64,000 bases of DNA from Camelus dromedarius (Eukaryota), in contig NC_087437.1 in assembly GCF_036321535.1 (NCBI RefSeq), positions 37,946,001 through 38,010,000 of the forward strand, read 5' to 3'. Of this stretch, positions 40,621 through 54,179 are shown piece by piece; the stretch's first letter is position 1, and each line of letters opens with the position of its first letter. The notes below the pieces were generated by a model. The model ran no database searches and had not been told where the DNA came from. It saw nothing but the letters and a program-made list of their open reading frames with translations. The position numbers and the translations under genes are program-made.

Positions 40621-43600
40621 CTAATATGGGTGGATGAATAGCTAGCTTAATAAAGACATGGAATCTTACCATGAATTTGTTGCCTGGATGAAAAGAGGCA
40701 ATGCTTTTGTCAGTACTTCTTATCAGGGATTTACTTTGATCTCATAGGTCTCTACCCAGCAACATTTTTTGAAAATAACTGGAGAGAGGCAGTGTGGAGT
40801 AAGGAAGCAATATAGATAAATGAAAATGTCCATATCCCTTAATTTCCATTCTACAAAATATCTAAATTCAAAAAATTTCATCACTAGTCACAGTGCACCA
40901 TTTCTAAAGCCATGTTTAAAGCTAGTAAGATTGACAAAGGTGTGAAGCTCTACCTGACATAGTTGTCTTACTTTGCCTGTAGCAGGTCGTGGTCACACCA
41001 ATACTTTGAATTCTCCCTATAGTTAGTCAGCCTACCAACTTTGATACCCTGGGGCAATGCAACATAGTAAGGTTTGAAATTAATGAGAGGTAGGTCTGGA
41101 CAGTTGTGAAAGGAAAGGTTGCTAAGAAAAACAGGCTGATGGCTCCACCAAATATCTTCTCAGGCAGATAAATTCTTAAGAAAGAGTATATGTGGGTGCA
41201 AGATTTGAAATTTGATAGTCTTAAAACCATTCATACCCATGTACACATTAGAAAATCTTTGTGAGCTGTAAAGATTGTGTATCTCAGCTTGAAGATCCCA
41301 AACGTTGGTATATGTAGGAGCCAGGCAGAAGTCTTCATGATCTTAACAGTATTAAGCAGATAAACTACAGACTCAGGTAGGTTCAAGAGGAGATACCCTA
41401 ATTGAATAATTCTTATAAATTGCCGTTCAGAAATAAGAAACCAGTTGTGTTTTTCAAGGTCAGAATCCCAGCCTTTTTTCTAATATTAAATACTCCAATT
41501 TCTAAATGTTGGGAACTCATTCAATATTTGATTAAAAGACTGAATAGGCTAAATGAAACATATCTGCAGGCAAACTCTATCTCAGGGTTATTTATGTCCT
41601 ATCCTTTCTCTTCACATTCTCTGCCATTTACTTGAGTTATACTTCAATTTGTTTTTCATCAACATTCCAGTACATTGCTGAGATGAGAAACTGACTTTGC
41701 TAGGGCATTAACACCTAGTTTGTTCTTGACGTTGTCCCCTGAAGTTGAGGCAGCTTCTCTTTTCCCTTCACCCTAGTCGAAGTCCCACATGAATGGACCG
41801 ATCACGTGGGATAATGCATTTCTAGGCATTTGTCTTAAAGGTAACAGCCTTTGTGAGATCCTCTAGTACTTCCTAACACACATTAAGTTGGAACGTTTAT
41901 TTCTCTTTAATGACAGACAGAGGCTTTCAAAAATGATGTCTAAAGTTGTTTTGCCTTTGCAAATGCTACGCATTCAACCCTCCAGTGGCTAGAAAATGGT
42001 CCAGCCTCTATACACTTTAGCTTTTTTAGTACATTCCCTCAGTAACCACCTTCTCTTTTTTCTTTCTTTCCTCTTTTTTTTTTTTTTTTGTTTCCAGCTG
42101 GCCCTCTTGCTGTGAACACCAAAATTTATCTCCTAAATTATTCTCCAGTTCCTTCAGATTTCTCTTGCCTGTGTCCTACGCAAGTTCTCTACCTACTGTC
42201 AACTGTGCACTTTGTCATTAACCACTTTGGAGAGGACTCTCCCTTAAAATTCTTCCTGCATTCTTACCACTTGTCAACATTGTACTCATTTTTCAGTACT
42301 TAATTCTAGTTTCATATACTCCATTTACTCTGTGCGTGTCTCTTTTTCCTTCTCTGTCTTTTTTTTTTTTTTTTGCTTGAGTACTTCATCCTAATTCAAG
42401 CTCTCTTTTCTGAAAACCTGTATCAAGTTCATGCTACGAAATCAATTACATTGTCTTGAAGTATTATTTATCATTTTTATGTATTTTCACCAATTAAATT
42501 TTAAACTTTTAGAAAGCCAGTTATGTAAATTGACTCTAATACATTGCTTTAGAAATTATTTGCAACTGACCTACAATAAGTAGTCAATGGATGCCTATTG
42601 TTTAATTCATCCTGGCAATACAAATAGACGCTGAAGAGGCAAACATACATTACGTGGTCGAGTTAGAATTCAATGCCTGTTTTATAAAACTAGTTCAATG
42701 CATAAATCTTGTAAAAGTAATTAGAATTGAACTAATTGATTAAAGTTAATGTTTCTGTCTTTTGTAGTCAGTGTTCTCCTCCTGCTTTTCTCTGGGTTCT
42801 GTTGGATATGCTATTTTTCCACCACAACATTTAGATACTTTAAATCACATCCTAAATGTCATTTAGCAACTTAGGAGAAATAAAAAAAAGCAAACACTCT
42901 TCTCAAGGGAGAGAAGAGCTGTGAAATGGTCAAAAAAGAAAAAAATAGAAATCTTCAAATCTCTAATATTTACCGATTCTATACAAGGCTTCCCAGGAAG
43001 GAAGCTTACATAAAAACTGTGTATCAGGAAAGTAAACTTTGGTTCCTTCAGTGTTAGGTAGAGATAAGTTTCAGTATGTTTTGGAATAAATTCAACCTGA
43101 TCTCTATTCCCTTGTATACTTTTCTCTCTTTTTTTGACCATCAAATACTTCTCTGGCCTCTCACTGGTCTGTTATTCTCACTCTTATAATATCACTGAGA
43201 TTTGTCTGATTTTTTGTATTCTTCTCATTGAAAAGTTACAGGAAAGAGGCAACGAATATTGAGGGAACAGTGATGACTGACATCCACTTTAAGCTTGTCT
43301 TACATGTAATTCACATTTACAAACAAACCCCCTGCTTCCTCTAACTTTAGTGTCCATTCAACTTCACAGCCACGAAGAGCCCCCTGAGGTAACACACAGA
43401 ATTAGAATTAACCTGTTCTCATATTTGTGCCGTGGTTAAATTCAAGATTATGTATAATGTTCAAATATGATGGAGAAAACTATTTTAATGTATAAAATCT
43501 TGTGAAGGTAATTAGAATTGGAACTTCTTTGAGCTGTGGGGAAGATGACTTTGAGATATATTTTGCCTTTACCAATTCTATACAAGATAACAAGAAATGT

Positions 43601-45409
43601 ATTGATAAGTCTATTAGCATTCTTACCCTCTACGGACCCTTCTATGAATGGCAGATTCAATATCTAGGTTCTAACGACCTGGCATCAATGTTCCCACAGA
43701 GTTCATTTCTCAATGTATAATTTACTGTCTGTTAAGTGAATGTAGTATTAACTCTAAAATAGATTTCACTATTAATATCAGAATTTTCTTTGGATTTGCA
43801 TTGTCTTCAGCTCAAATTGCTCTCCCCTGTACACTTACACTTGATATGGTAACCTGTTAAAGGCTAAGATTCTGATTGGTTGAGTTCTGGGTGTCAACAT
43901 TTTCACTTTCCTTTAATGAAACAAGTTTTATGTTGCAGAAAAATATTTCCCATGTGAAAGCTTACTCAAGCATATTCTGCATCTGTACATCAATAGCTCC
44001 TCTGGTTTAAACTGAAAGCACAGATTTTTTTGAAAATGAAATACAAGCTTATGCCATAAAGAAGTTGAATAGCTGGACCATAATGGATCAGTAATGAGTC
44101 ATTAGTGACTAAGGTGAGTGAAAAATTGCTGTAAAGTAATAAATGGCTTTGCAGCACATGCAACATTCGGCAAGAACCAAATGTCAATGGGAATCCAGGT
44201 GTCAAGGCTTCCTGTGAGTTTACAAACTATTCAGAAGAACACAAACAATTTATACCTTATAGCAGAGAATAAAACTGAATGCCTAAAACCCCAATTCTCA
44301 TTAAGCCTAAGCCACTTGTAGCAGAGAGAACAGTATAAACAGTTAAGAAAATTGTGTAGCATACTGATTACTCACAGCTCTCTAAAGCCAGACATATAAT
44401 CATTTTCTAAAACAGTTGCCGACAGTGCTCCTTATTTCTTTGAAACTTGTTCTCTTTTCTGAAAGGTTAAACAGAGACCTTAATTCTCTGAGAGGGCCAT
44501 GTATGTCTCATTCTGAGAGGCACTTAGTATGCTCAAGAAATATCTGTTAAAAGCAAGTGTATTTTAAAAACTAATTTACAACCAGATAGCAAGAATTCTG
44601 TTTGGTTAGAAATGATGTAAGCCATGGAACTGGAGCAGGATTCTGGAGGGTCCTGCTGGGCCAGGAACTACCTTTTATTTTCTGCACAGTAGGAAGGTCT
44701 ACGGGATCTAAGAAGAGGGTAGAAGAGGCAGCCTGGGAAATAGAGAGGTACCCAGGACCCCGAGAAACAAGTATTTACAGTGTAGGAAGTATTTCGATAT
44801 TTTAATCACTGCTATCGGTTTATCATGAACTCATGGCTGAACATCAGTCCTGATTTGATGAGGACATCTTCAGAAGACTGTCAACATTTGCCCAACAGAG
44901 AATTTGCGAATCCCGATATTGCCACATGACGCTGTCACCAGACGTCCTCAGTGAGACTGATACCTTTTATTTCCAGTAGATATTAACTCTTCTGTTCACA
45001 GAGAAAAACATAAAGGCTCAGTCAAGTTATGCGGCAATTTAAAGAGCCAGCAAGGGGCAGGAAAGAACTTCAGCACGTAAGATATTTTGCCAGACCCAGT
45101 GCTTAATAAACTACCTCGGCTGGAGAATGAAAGTCGCCTCAACAGAACCTAATGTAGTAACTCCAACCCCTAGTGGGAACCTTGGGAAGGAGTGGAGGAC
45201 CACTCAGGTTTAGGGGGAGGGAAGGGGAAAATGGTGTTCTCAGAAACCCTTGTCACACTTTGTTCTTTATAGTTCTAAAAAATAAAACTTCAAATATTAT
45301 TCAGTCAAATATATTGCATGAAATATATTTAAATAATGCTTCATTTTGGCAGGTTGTTCAGGGAAAATAGGTGCTCTGACAGTGAGCCCACAGTGAGTTC
45401 CCTAGGGAG

Positions 45410-45675
45410 CTGTATGAAGCCCGCTGCAGAGACAGCCTGCCTGATGGTGAGTCCTAGGTACAGCCGTTACTCGGTGTGGGACATGGGGCACGAGGCTTCA
45501 TCTCTCTGAACCTCAGTTTCCTCTTCGATAATACAGAAATACTTCTCTTCATGCAATTTCTGTGAAAAAAGAAATATTTCTCTTTATGCAATTGCTGTGA
45601 AAATATGGTGAGATGATTTATATTTGGAGGTTGGCACAGTGACTAGCAAAAATGTAAGTACTAAATAAATTAGTC
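45410..45675 (+). mobile_element. MIR SINE with an internal 35-bp tandem duplication
   Basis: cttcatctctctgaacctcagtttcctc core; agaaatacttctcttcatgcaatttctgtgaaaa repeated imperfectly at 45535 and 45570. Confidence 0.75.
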
Positions 45676-48054
45676 CTTATGGTAAATATTTTTACATAAG
45701 GATAAGGAAAAGAGAAAGTCTTATCTGCAGAACCATAGCAGCTGCTATAGAAATATTTGTAGAGTTGATATTTGATAAATGTTTGTTGCGTGAGTGACCC
45801 ATGAGTGATATTGTGAAAGTAAAGTCTTTCTTGATATTTTTCTGTTTTATTATGACTTTCCATTCATCCAAATTATTCACTGAGTCAGGATCACATGATT
45901 TTTAATTTTTTTTCCTGTTGACCTGTATTTCTAGAGTTCTTTACATAGTAGCCTGGAAGACCACAGGCCTCAAGACTGTGGCAGACCACAAGTTATAATA
46001 ATGTTATAAAATGGTAAATTCTGAATTTGCTTAATTTTTATAAGTATATTGGTAGGAGTTTATAGAGAAGAAAGTTAAGTCCCTAAATATGTTTCTGGGG
46101 TCTAACCAATACATTATGGTAAATGATGTTAAGATAATTGCACGTCAGCTGAAAACAGAAATTGTCCTGGGGAAAACAGGTCTAAAACAGATCCTAAAGA
46201 ATGATAATGTTTAAGTAGAGGAGAAGGAACAGACCATTTAATACCCTAACCCAGTTGTTTTACGTTCAACTGTTCATTTTGAGTATCCATCTACCAAGTG
46301 AGCTATGTGTGTCTTATTTTATGTCATGAATCATATAATCTTTGTGGGAAGGTCTTCGGTGTTATTTGAAAGAACCTGCAGTTACTTATTGTCTTGAAGG
46401 TGTGTTGGTCATCTGGTCCCTAACAGGTCTTCCTCCTCCTCCTGTGTGAACACTCCCAGGACTGGGCTGCTAGCTTTCTGATTCTTTTATGTTTGTATTT
46501 AGAAAGCGTCTCTTTTCTAGATTCATGTATTTCTTCTAGTTTTCTCTACAGTTTCATGTACTATTTGATACTCTTTTCATTAGACGGTACTTCAAAAGTT
46601 ATAAATACCACTATTGTATTCATAAAAGTCCTCTCTTTTAAAATCAAGTGTCAACAATTTCTTCAACTATATCCACGTGGGATAGTTCTAGATCTTTGAC
46701 TATTTGGGGAAGATAAATAAAGGTACTGTTTATACTGTTCTCTAGTAGCCAGGATGGATTTGAGACTCTTAATCAGTCTAGGGTATCTGGCCACATTTTG
46801 CTGAAGACTTTCTCTAGAATAAAGTACATGCAGTGCCTTTTGTTCTTAGTTTTTTCCCTTTATTTCCACCATTTTTCATGTTCTCTGTTTCCTGTTATAA
46901 TTATTTAGCCTCTTAAGGTAAATTGTCAGTCTTTTCTTGTGGTTATGGTGATTTTATTTTTTGGCCATCGTAGTAGGTTTATTAGGAAGAAAGGGGCTTA
47001 AACTCAGCTGTGTCCATGTTAATTCACTGGACCTCTTTTTCCTCTTCTGTAAAATGAAGAGCCTTGATTAGACAAATTCTCAAGTCTGCCATAGCTCAAA
47101 AATTCTGATTCCATGTGTGTATTATCCCATTGGAACAACTGGAGACATCCGAGGTAGCTATTCCCTTTGCTGACTTTACTGTATCTTCTAATACTGTATA
47201 TACATACAATATCAATATTATATAACAACAATGAAAATAAAACAACAACAATAAAGATAACTCCTAGTTGCAGCATTTATCTTGATCGTTGTTCCTGGGT
47301 GGAATTCAGTACAGTGTGTGTAATTTATAACAGCAGAAAAAAGCAGCAGGGGGAGGAGGAAGGCCACCACGACCTTGTGATGGGAGCACAGCAATTGTTC
47401 TTCCCACACAAAAGAGGAAAATAAGGACCAATAAACACCACTTCATAGAGTAATAGACACCAGAGAAAGGAAAGGAAGACCATGGTAAATAATGGGCAAT
47501 GCTGCTAACTCCTGTCATTCTTTATTCTGTTCATGACATGAATGTAGCCTCATAAATTACTTTCTAAAGCTGCAAGTGTTTTTCTTTGAAAAGAGATTCA
47601 TCATCTATGATTCTGATTCCCTTTACTGAAATGAATAGAATCAATCGCATACCCTGTAATAATGCTGAATAAAAATTACCTTTTTGAGACCATAACCTTT
47701 CCCAAATAGCATAATAATTGAAATGCTATCCTGTACATGACAGTTATGAGAATCTAACTTTCCCTTCTCTTCCATACGAGACCTCAAAATCTCTTAGTGA
47801 TACAATGAATAAATAAGCTTAATACCTGCAGCTTCACTTTCCTTCCCCTGAGCAGGCTGAGATATCTCAATCTGCACAACCTCAGGAGCAATATGCTGTG
47901 ATGTTATCTGGTAATTTTAAAAATGCTTAATTATGTATTTCTTTCAAAATTGTTTATATAACTGTTTAAAATATATAAAAATTATAAATATAAGCATATA
48001 GGGCAGCAGAACATGACACATGCATGTATGTGTGTGCTTACACACACATGCACA

Positions 48055-48270
48055 TATTAAGAGCAAGTTTATGTTGTGTCCAGTGCTTTTCCAAGTGCTC
48101 CAAAACTCATTTAATCTTCACAATTCACAATAAGCCTATGGGGTATTTTTATTGTTATTTCATTGATGAGGACTACAAGGCACTAAGAAGTGAAGTGATT
48201 TCCCAAGTTACACAGTAATGTGATGGGGGAAGCAGTCTGATCAAGAGACATTACTCTTATGTCATTGCTT
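48055..48270 (-). mobile_element. MIR SINE
   Basis: ctcatttaatcttcacaa...cattgatgaggactacaaggcactaagaagtgaagtgatttcccaagttacacag. Confidence 0.75.
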
Positions 48271-49324
48271 ACTTCTATAAAGCCATATAGATATATTCTA
48301 CAAATCTATATACTGTATAGTATCTACTACATAACTACTATGAAATTAAGAAGGTTAACCAAACCTAATGTTGGCTTAGTAACATTACAATGAATCATTT
48401 GAGGTTGGGAAACAGAACCATGTAGATAATGATGGAGGCAACTCATTCCCACCAAAACTTAAAACTTGCTGTTGAAAACTTAAAATTAACCATATCCTGT
48501 TTCTTTTCACATCATCACCCCTTTGCTATGCCTTAATGTGAGAGCAGGAGCAAAGTATAATCAGTTACCAAGAAGTTTTTCTATTTAATACTTAATATAA
48601 ATACTCATTGATATTAATGAAATTTAATACTGTGCATATCTGAGGAGTCCAGTAGAGAATAAAATGCAATTCATATATCCTCTCACAGGCCATAGTCCAT
48701 CTTACTTAATTTTCTGTAGAAGGAGGTGGAGGGTGTATGTAGAAGGCAGAGACAGAGTGACCTCATTCAAAACCTAGGATAAAAAGGAGGGTGACAAGGA
48801 AAGTGGCCTTGCAAGCCTATCCTCATAGACAGTCATCTCAAATGGAAGTAGCCACCTACTTCCTTTCCCTACTAAGAGTACAAGCAGATGCTGGAAAAAT
48901 TCTAATGTGTTACAGTACAAACAAAAAAACTCAATATTTTATTTCCAATTAATTATTTTTGTTATCTTAACTTATCATCTTCCAGGGCCTAATTGCTAAT
49001 GAAAACCCTCAAGCATTCAAGAGTACCCTGATATAAGCCTACCTCAATGCTATTCTAGTTCTGCCGACACCAGGAATACAGCTCAGATCAATTAAAACTA
49101 TACTCTCTAGCAGTGAGGCCCAAGAATGGGAAATTTATGATCTCTCCAGGTGACTGCAGTGTGCACTCAGAGCATTCTGTGCATTCTCACTTTACTTCGA
49201 TGTTGTAACCCCATTTTAGCAGCTGGAATGCAAAGTCAAGAAACTTGGGTTTACTGTGGGGGGAAACAGAAGACTTTGAAGGAAATGGTGACCATTTGTC
49301 ACCTACGCAGCCCGTGTGAAATGG

Positions 49325-50470
49325 CAGAACCTCGGCCTGTTCACCTCTTTAATGTCACTCCGTGCTCTTCTCCTGCCTCTTTACTGTTGTCTGCCACTCT
49401 CGTTCTCAGTTCCCCGAATATGCCAAACACACTGCTGCTGCAGGGGTTTCACACCCGTTAGTCCCGAAGCCTAGCATGCAGTTTTCCCCACTCCTTACCT
49501 GCCTAGTGCCGGAGAATTTTATTATGTCAACTTAGCCAAGTGGGAATCACGTTTCCCTGAGTTCTCTTCTCTGCATAGGTTCCAAATTAGAAGCAAACAC
49601 AAAGATACTTGACGAGAGATTTAAAAGGCAAAAGAGGAGCAGCAGATATATTCTGTTCACACCCAGTTGGTGCAAAGAAACTGTGTGCAGGTGCTGTTGT
49701 AGTTCACGCAGGTTTTCCTCTTCTCAGCGGGCTCCTCTTGTTAGCGAGGAGCAGCAGCAGAGCCTCCGACTCCTCCAGAAACTGCCAGGTCCTCCTCTGG
49801 CTTCCTCTACTCCTGTACTAGGTACATATTTAGTTCCACCTAGAGGGTTCCAGCTTTTCCTGAAAGTAACTTGAATCATTAAGGTTGGTAACTTGGAGGT
49901 GGGGGGAAATGACGCAGGGTCTGGTCCGTCCTCACTGGTTCCAGTGTGTCCTCACTCTCTCCACTTCACATCCGTCTTCCCAGCTTCCTGCCTGTGGACT
50001 TCAGCCTCCAGCACCAGACGCAAAGATGGAAACCTTACATAGGCTTTGTCAGCTCCCACATCCTGTGAGCTCAAATCCCTATAAGAAATCCCTCATTTAT
50101 CACTCCCAGTGATTCAGTTCCTGCAGACAAACCTGACTGATAGCTCCAGCTTCTGTTCTCTCTTCAGGCTTCAACTCAAATATCCTCCCTGAGGGGTCTT
50201 CCCAGACATCCTTATCCAGACTGTGCCTCTCCTCAATCCTCTAGTTACACTCTGTCTTCTCATTGTGTTCATTTCTTTCCAAGCACTTACTATCATTTAT
50301 ACTTACTTTGTTAAACTTATGTGCTATTTGCCTGCCTCCCCCATTACTAAGTATACTGTATAAGAAGGAGTTAGGTGTGTCCTATTTGTCACTTCATCTC
50401 TAATGCCTGTTACAGTGCCTGATATACAGCAAATGTTCATTAAATATTTTGTACATGTGAGTGAATAAAA
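49325..50470 (+). mobile_element. L2 3' region, split by an MLT2F-like LTR
   Basis: cagttccccgaatatgccaaac on the left resumes as cttcaggcttcaactcaaatatcc...acagtgcctgatatacagcaaatgttcattaaatatt...gagtgaataaa. Confidence 0.75.
49507..50142 (+). mobile_element. ERVL solo LTR, MLT2F-like
   Basis: aattttattatgtcaacttagccaag...cacgtttccctgagttc; 3' end tcagctcccaca...aaatccctataagaaatccc...cctgactgata. Confidence 0.8.
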
Positions 50471-50729
50471 AAATTAATGGATGGATACTTTTTAGAAAGG
50501 TAGCTCTGGGGTCACGTGAACAAAGAATTTAAGAAGAAATTGGTGGCTGGCTGACCAGATAGAGGACTATTGAAATTGATAAAGACCTGAAAAAGGGAAG
50601 GATGAACAAGGGGAGGATGAAAAGATGAGACATGGACAAAAACAAAGATGAACCAGGATGATTTATCTCCTCTATGTTGAAGATGGTGAAAAAGAAGGTA
50701 GAACCAAGATAAGAGATTCTTCATCCCAT

Positions 50730-50990
50730 TGAAGAAACAGGATAGCCGGGGGTGATATAAGAAAGGGATTTCTTATAAAGATTTTAATTCACACAATGTG
50801 GGAGCTGATTAATCCTATGGAAAGCTCCCATCTTTGCATCTGGAGCTGGACGCTGACGTCAGTAACACAGGTAGTTGGGAAGAAGGATGTGAAGTGGGGA
50901 AAGTGAGGGCAAACCCGAACGGCTGAGGGTGGATTGGAACCTGCGTCAGTTTCTCATTCCTCATTGCTCATGACCATGAGGATGATGATG
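50730..50990 (-). mobile_element. MLT2E/F-like LTR 3' fragment
   Basis: agggatttcttata...atgtgggagctga...catctttgcatctgg...ggatgtgaagtgg is the reverse complement of the upstream MLT2 3' part. Confidence 0.72.
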
Positions 50991-51485
50991 CTTCAGCAGA
51001 TTAAAGATGAAGAAAAGGCCTTAAGGAGTCAGATATTGAGTCTGAGGTTTTCAATTCAAATGGAAATATCTGGATAAAAGTCAGGAATGGTGACACACTA
51101 ATTTAGATGATATTTAGTGATACTATGTGAACTCATGACAGTAGTTAAAATTATCCAGGTAGAGTGTAGAACTGAGTTAAGAAAAAGTACAAGGACACCT
51201 AAATATTTGCAATGTAAGAGGGTGAGGAAAAAAAGATTTTCCATGCTTTGAGAATAAAGTGAAATTGTTTCAGGTCAGAAAACTGCACAAACACGAGGAG
51301 CAGAAAAAGCATCACACCCTTCATTCCTCTGCACCAGCAGCCTCAGAAGTCAGCTAGCAACACTGTGAGTATTTCACATTCTCTTTTTGCCTTTTCCTCA
51401 GCCCTTCTGCCCAAATACTCATTGTAATGTTCCAAACTCCTTTCAGTAAGTTTACACTTGAGTGGGAAAATTGCACTGTCTATAT

Positions 51486-51695
51486 CAGTCGCTCTCAAAC
51501 AGGAACAGTTTTGCCCCCAAAAGTGTATTTGGCAATGTCTGGAAATATTTTTTATTGCTCTTGGCATCTAGTGGTTAGAACTCAGGAAGCAGCTAAGCAT
51601 CTAAAGCATCATACAATGCACAGAACAGCAGCCCCTGCCCCCAAACCTGGACTGCCCATCCCCAATGTCTATAGTGCTCAGGATGAGAATCACTG
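51486..51695. mobile_element. MER20 (hAT-Charlie MITE)
   Basis: TIRs cagtcgctctca / tgagaatcactg, internal tttggcaatgtctgga...ggcatctagtgg, and 8-bp TSD gtctatat / gtctagag (6 of 8). Confidence 0.88.
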
Positions 51696-51704
51696 GTCTA
51701 GAGA

Positions 51705-52033
51705 AACATTTTGCAAATAGCTGCTTTTAGAACACAGTTGGTGCAAGTTCCGTGGAATATCAATAGATTTTTGGCATACGCATGTGTTTATGTGTGTATA
51801 TATATATACACACAAACACGAACAACTATGTGGTCAAATTAGTTGATAAAAAAGATTAAATAGGTTATTTATCTCAGTGTTCTTCAGAGTCTTTTATATA
51901 TTAATGAGCATTTTAATTCTCTTAAGTGATATTTTGCATGCCTTGTTTCCCAAACTTAATTGACCTTGGAACCTATTTCTGATGAAACATGTTGAGAAAT
52001 TAATGTTCTGTAAGAAAACTTTGGGAAACACTG
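51705..52033. mobile_element. hAT-Charlie non-autonomous element (subfamily uncertain)
   Basis: gtttcccaaacttaattgaccttggaacc and terminal actttgggaaacactg. Confidence 0.6.
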
Positions 52034-52261
52034 TTTTGGAGTGTAGGAATGAAGTCTTAGGATATAAGGGGCACCATAAGATGAGTAACACCTACTTAAA
52101 AAGTTCACTAAACGGTGAACTTTTTAGTTCACCGTTTAGAATGTATAGACCTGCCATCAAATTTCAGATCTGTTTGGTTTGTTAAGCTAAGGCTAAGAAA
52201 CAGTTAACTGTGTAGGGCTTTAACTTAGGGCCTAGCTACTAACAAGAGTTTGATTCTGGTA

Positions 52262-52265
<4 letters not shown>

Positions 52266-52315
<50 letters not shown>

Positions 52316-52320
52316 ACACA
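52266..52320. repeat. (AC)n microsatellite
   Basis: Direct inspection; one T interruption. Confidence 0.97.
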
Positions 52321-53758
52321 TATATAAAACTTTAAGAATGTGTTAAAAAACTAAAAACACAATATGTTATACATTTTCACAGAAATTTAAAACAAGAAAT
52401 ATGTAATATAAAAATATAACCAAACCAAAGAATTCAAACCTATCAGAGTGATTATTTCAAAATATGTAAATTAAGTAAACTAATCTTATTTAAAATACAA
52501 AGCTTAAGGTTATACTAAAAGATAATATTCAAGTTGCATAGAATAAAAATCATACTTAAACTTGAGTATCTTACATTGACTTGGCGTGTCCATAAACACA
52601 TGTCAAATTTAATCACTGGACAAAGTCCCTAACCAGATTTCAATATTTTGAATTAACTCTGACATCAGTGGGAAAGCATAAATACGTTCAAATGTGTTTC
52701 CATACTGTGATTGCAGCACCATGTTATTGGCACTCTGTTTAAGGCAAGACATCTTATTTGTGAGATAGTACTATCTCTTAGGCCTTATTTCCACTTGGAA
52801 AAATAGCATTGGGCCATTGACTGGCGAGTACATCAGTAAACATAGATTTTTTTTTTTTTTGGTATCAAGTTCAGATTATTCTGAGATGTTTATGGTATAA
52901 ATTTTAAAGAAGAAAAGGAAACTCTGGTAAGAATCCAGAGAGCAGCCATGAGTGAAGATAATACTAAATGGCCTGGCAAATACAATGTATAAAGAAGGCT
53001 TAAAAAGATGGTTGGCTTATAAAAGAGAATTCTCAGGTATGAGTTACTGAAAATTCTATTTGAATTAAAAATAGAACATGTAAAAATGTACTTAAGTTGT
53101 ACTGAGAAAAAAGGTTAAGCATAAAGATGAACTGTGCTGTTACACACTTGAATCATTCCTGAGATTGATTCTTTTATAGCATTTTGAGGGCAAGAGTCTA
53201 AACTCCTAAGCATGTTGAATTATATTTAGTGCTACTTGGATAGAAGGAAAATGTTATTTATTTTTATCCCTATACAGCCTTCAATGATTTTAATAAATGT
53301 TTTTCTAAGTGCATATTGCAAGAAGTGGTTAAATAAAAATGGCATGCAGCAATGGCAGAGTGAAAGTATATCAAAAGATTTTACTAGGACGGAGGGGAGT
53401 GTTTGTGTACACAAGGATAGGGTACCACTCATGGAGGAAGTGCATGGATTTCAGTGCCAGGAACTCAGTATTTTAGGCTATAAACCTTTATTTTTTATGT
53501 AGAAGAAATTCTTAACTTTGGACAGACTAAAATTAAAATAAGAAGACTGATGCATAAAATCCTACTACCAATACAGTAATTGACAATGGGACATGCACCT
53601 GTCACATTTACAAGAATTTTCATTTGGCCTGATCACACATTCTTTTTCAATAATTATGGTTATGTGCAGAGCAAGGCTATATTGTTTACCTGGTGAATGT
53701 AAAATTAGAATACAGTGAATTAGTACACTAGACAGATAGGCCAGTTTATACTGTGGTA

Positions 53759-54179
53759 CAGATTTCCCCTGCTATTCGAAAGTAGAGCATTGTTTCGAAA
53801 ACTTTTGAAGCTGAAATGGCATAAAATGAAGAAACAATCACCTTAGGACACATCTTGCTAATAATGCACGAAATAAATAGAGCTAAATCATAGATGCTCA
53901 CAGATGCAGTTCAAGGCTATGGCAGCTTGATGCTGAGATGCTGAGTGTAATTCTTGGGGAAGGAGCGTACCACTCTTGTTGCTCATGGTCTGCTCGCTGC
54001 CTCTGTAAGGGCTTGCTGCAGAACAAATGCTGAATGTCTTTGGTTTCACTTTTCACCTTTTCTGTAAAAGCAAAACCCCTCTTTGGATTTGTTTAGGTTA
54101 GCGAAAACTGGTACTAATGTAGGTATTTCATAAAAGTGAAGCAGCATAAAGCGGACTTTAGACAATCTGGTCAAATCTG
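53759..54179 (-). mobile_element. TcMar-Tigger-type non-autonomous DNA transposon nested in an MLT1K/L-like LTR remnant (about 53730-54350)
   Basis: TA on both sides (53757-58, 54180-81) and termini cagattt / aaatctg. The host LTR reads gataggccagtttatactgtggta | acgcgttaaactctaaaatctcggtggcttaa across the insertion. Confidence 0.75.
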
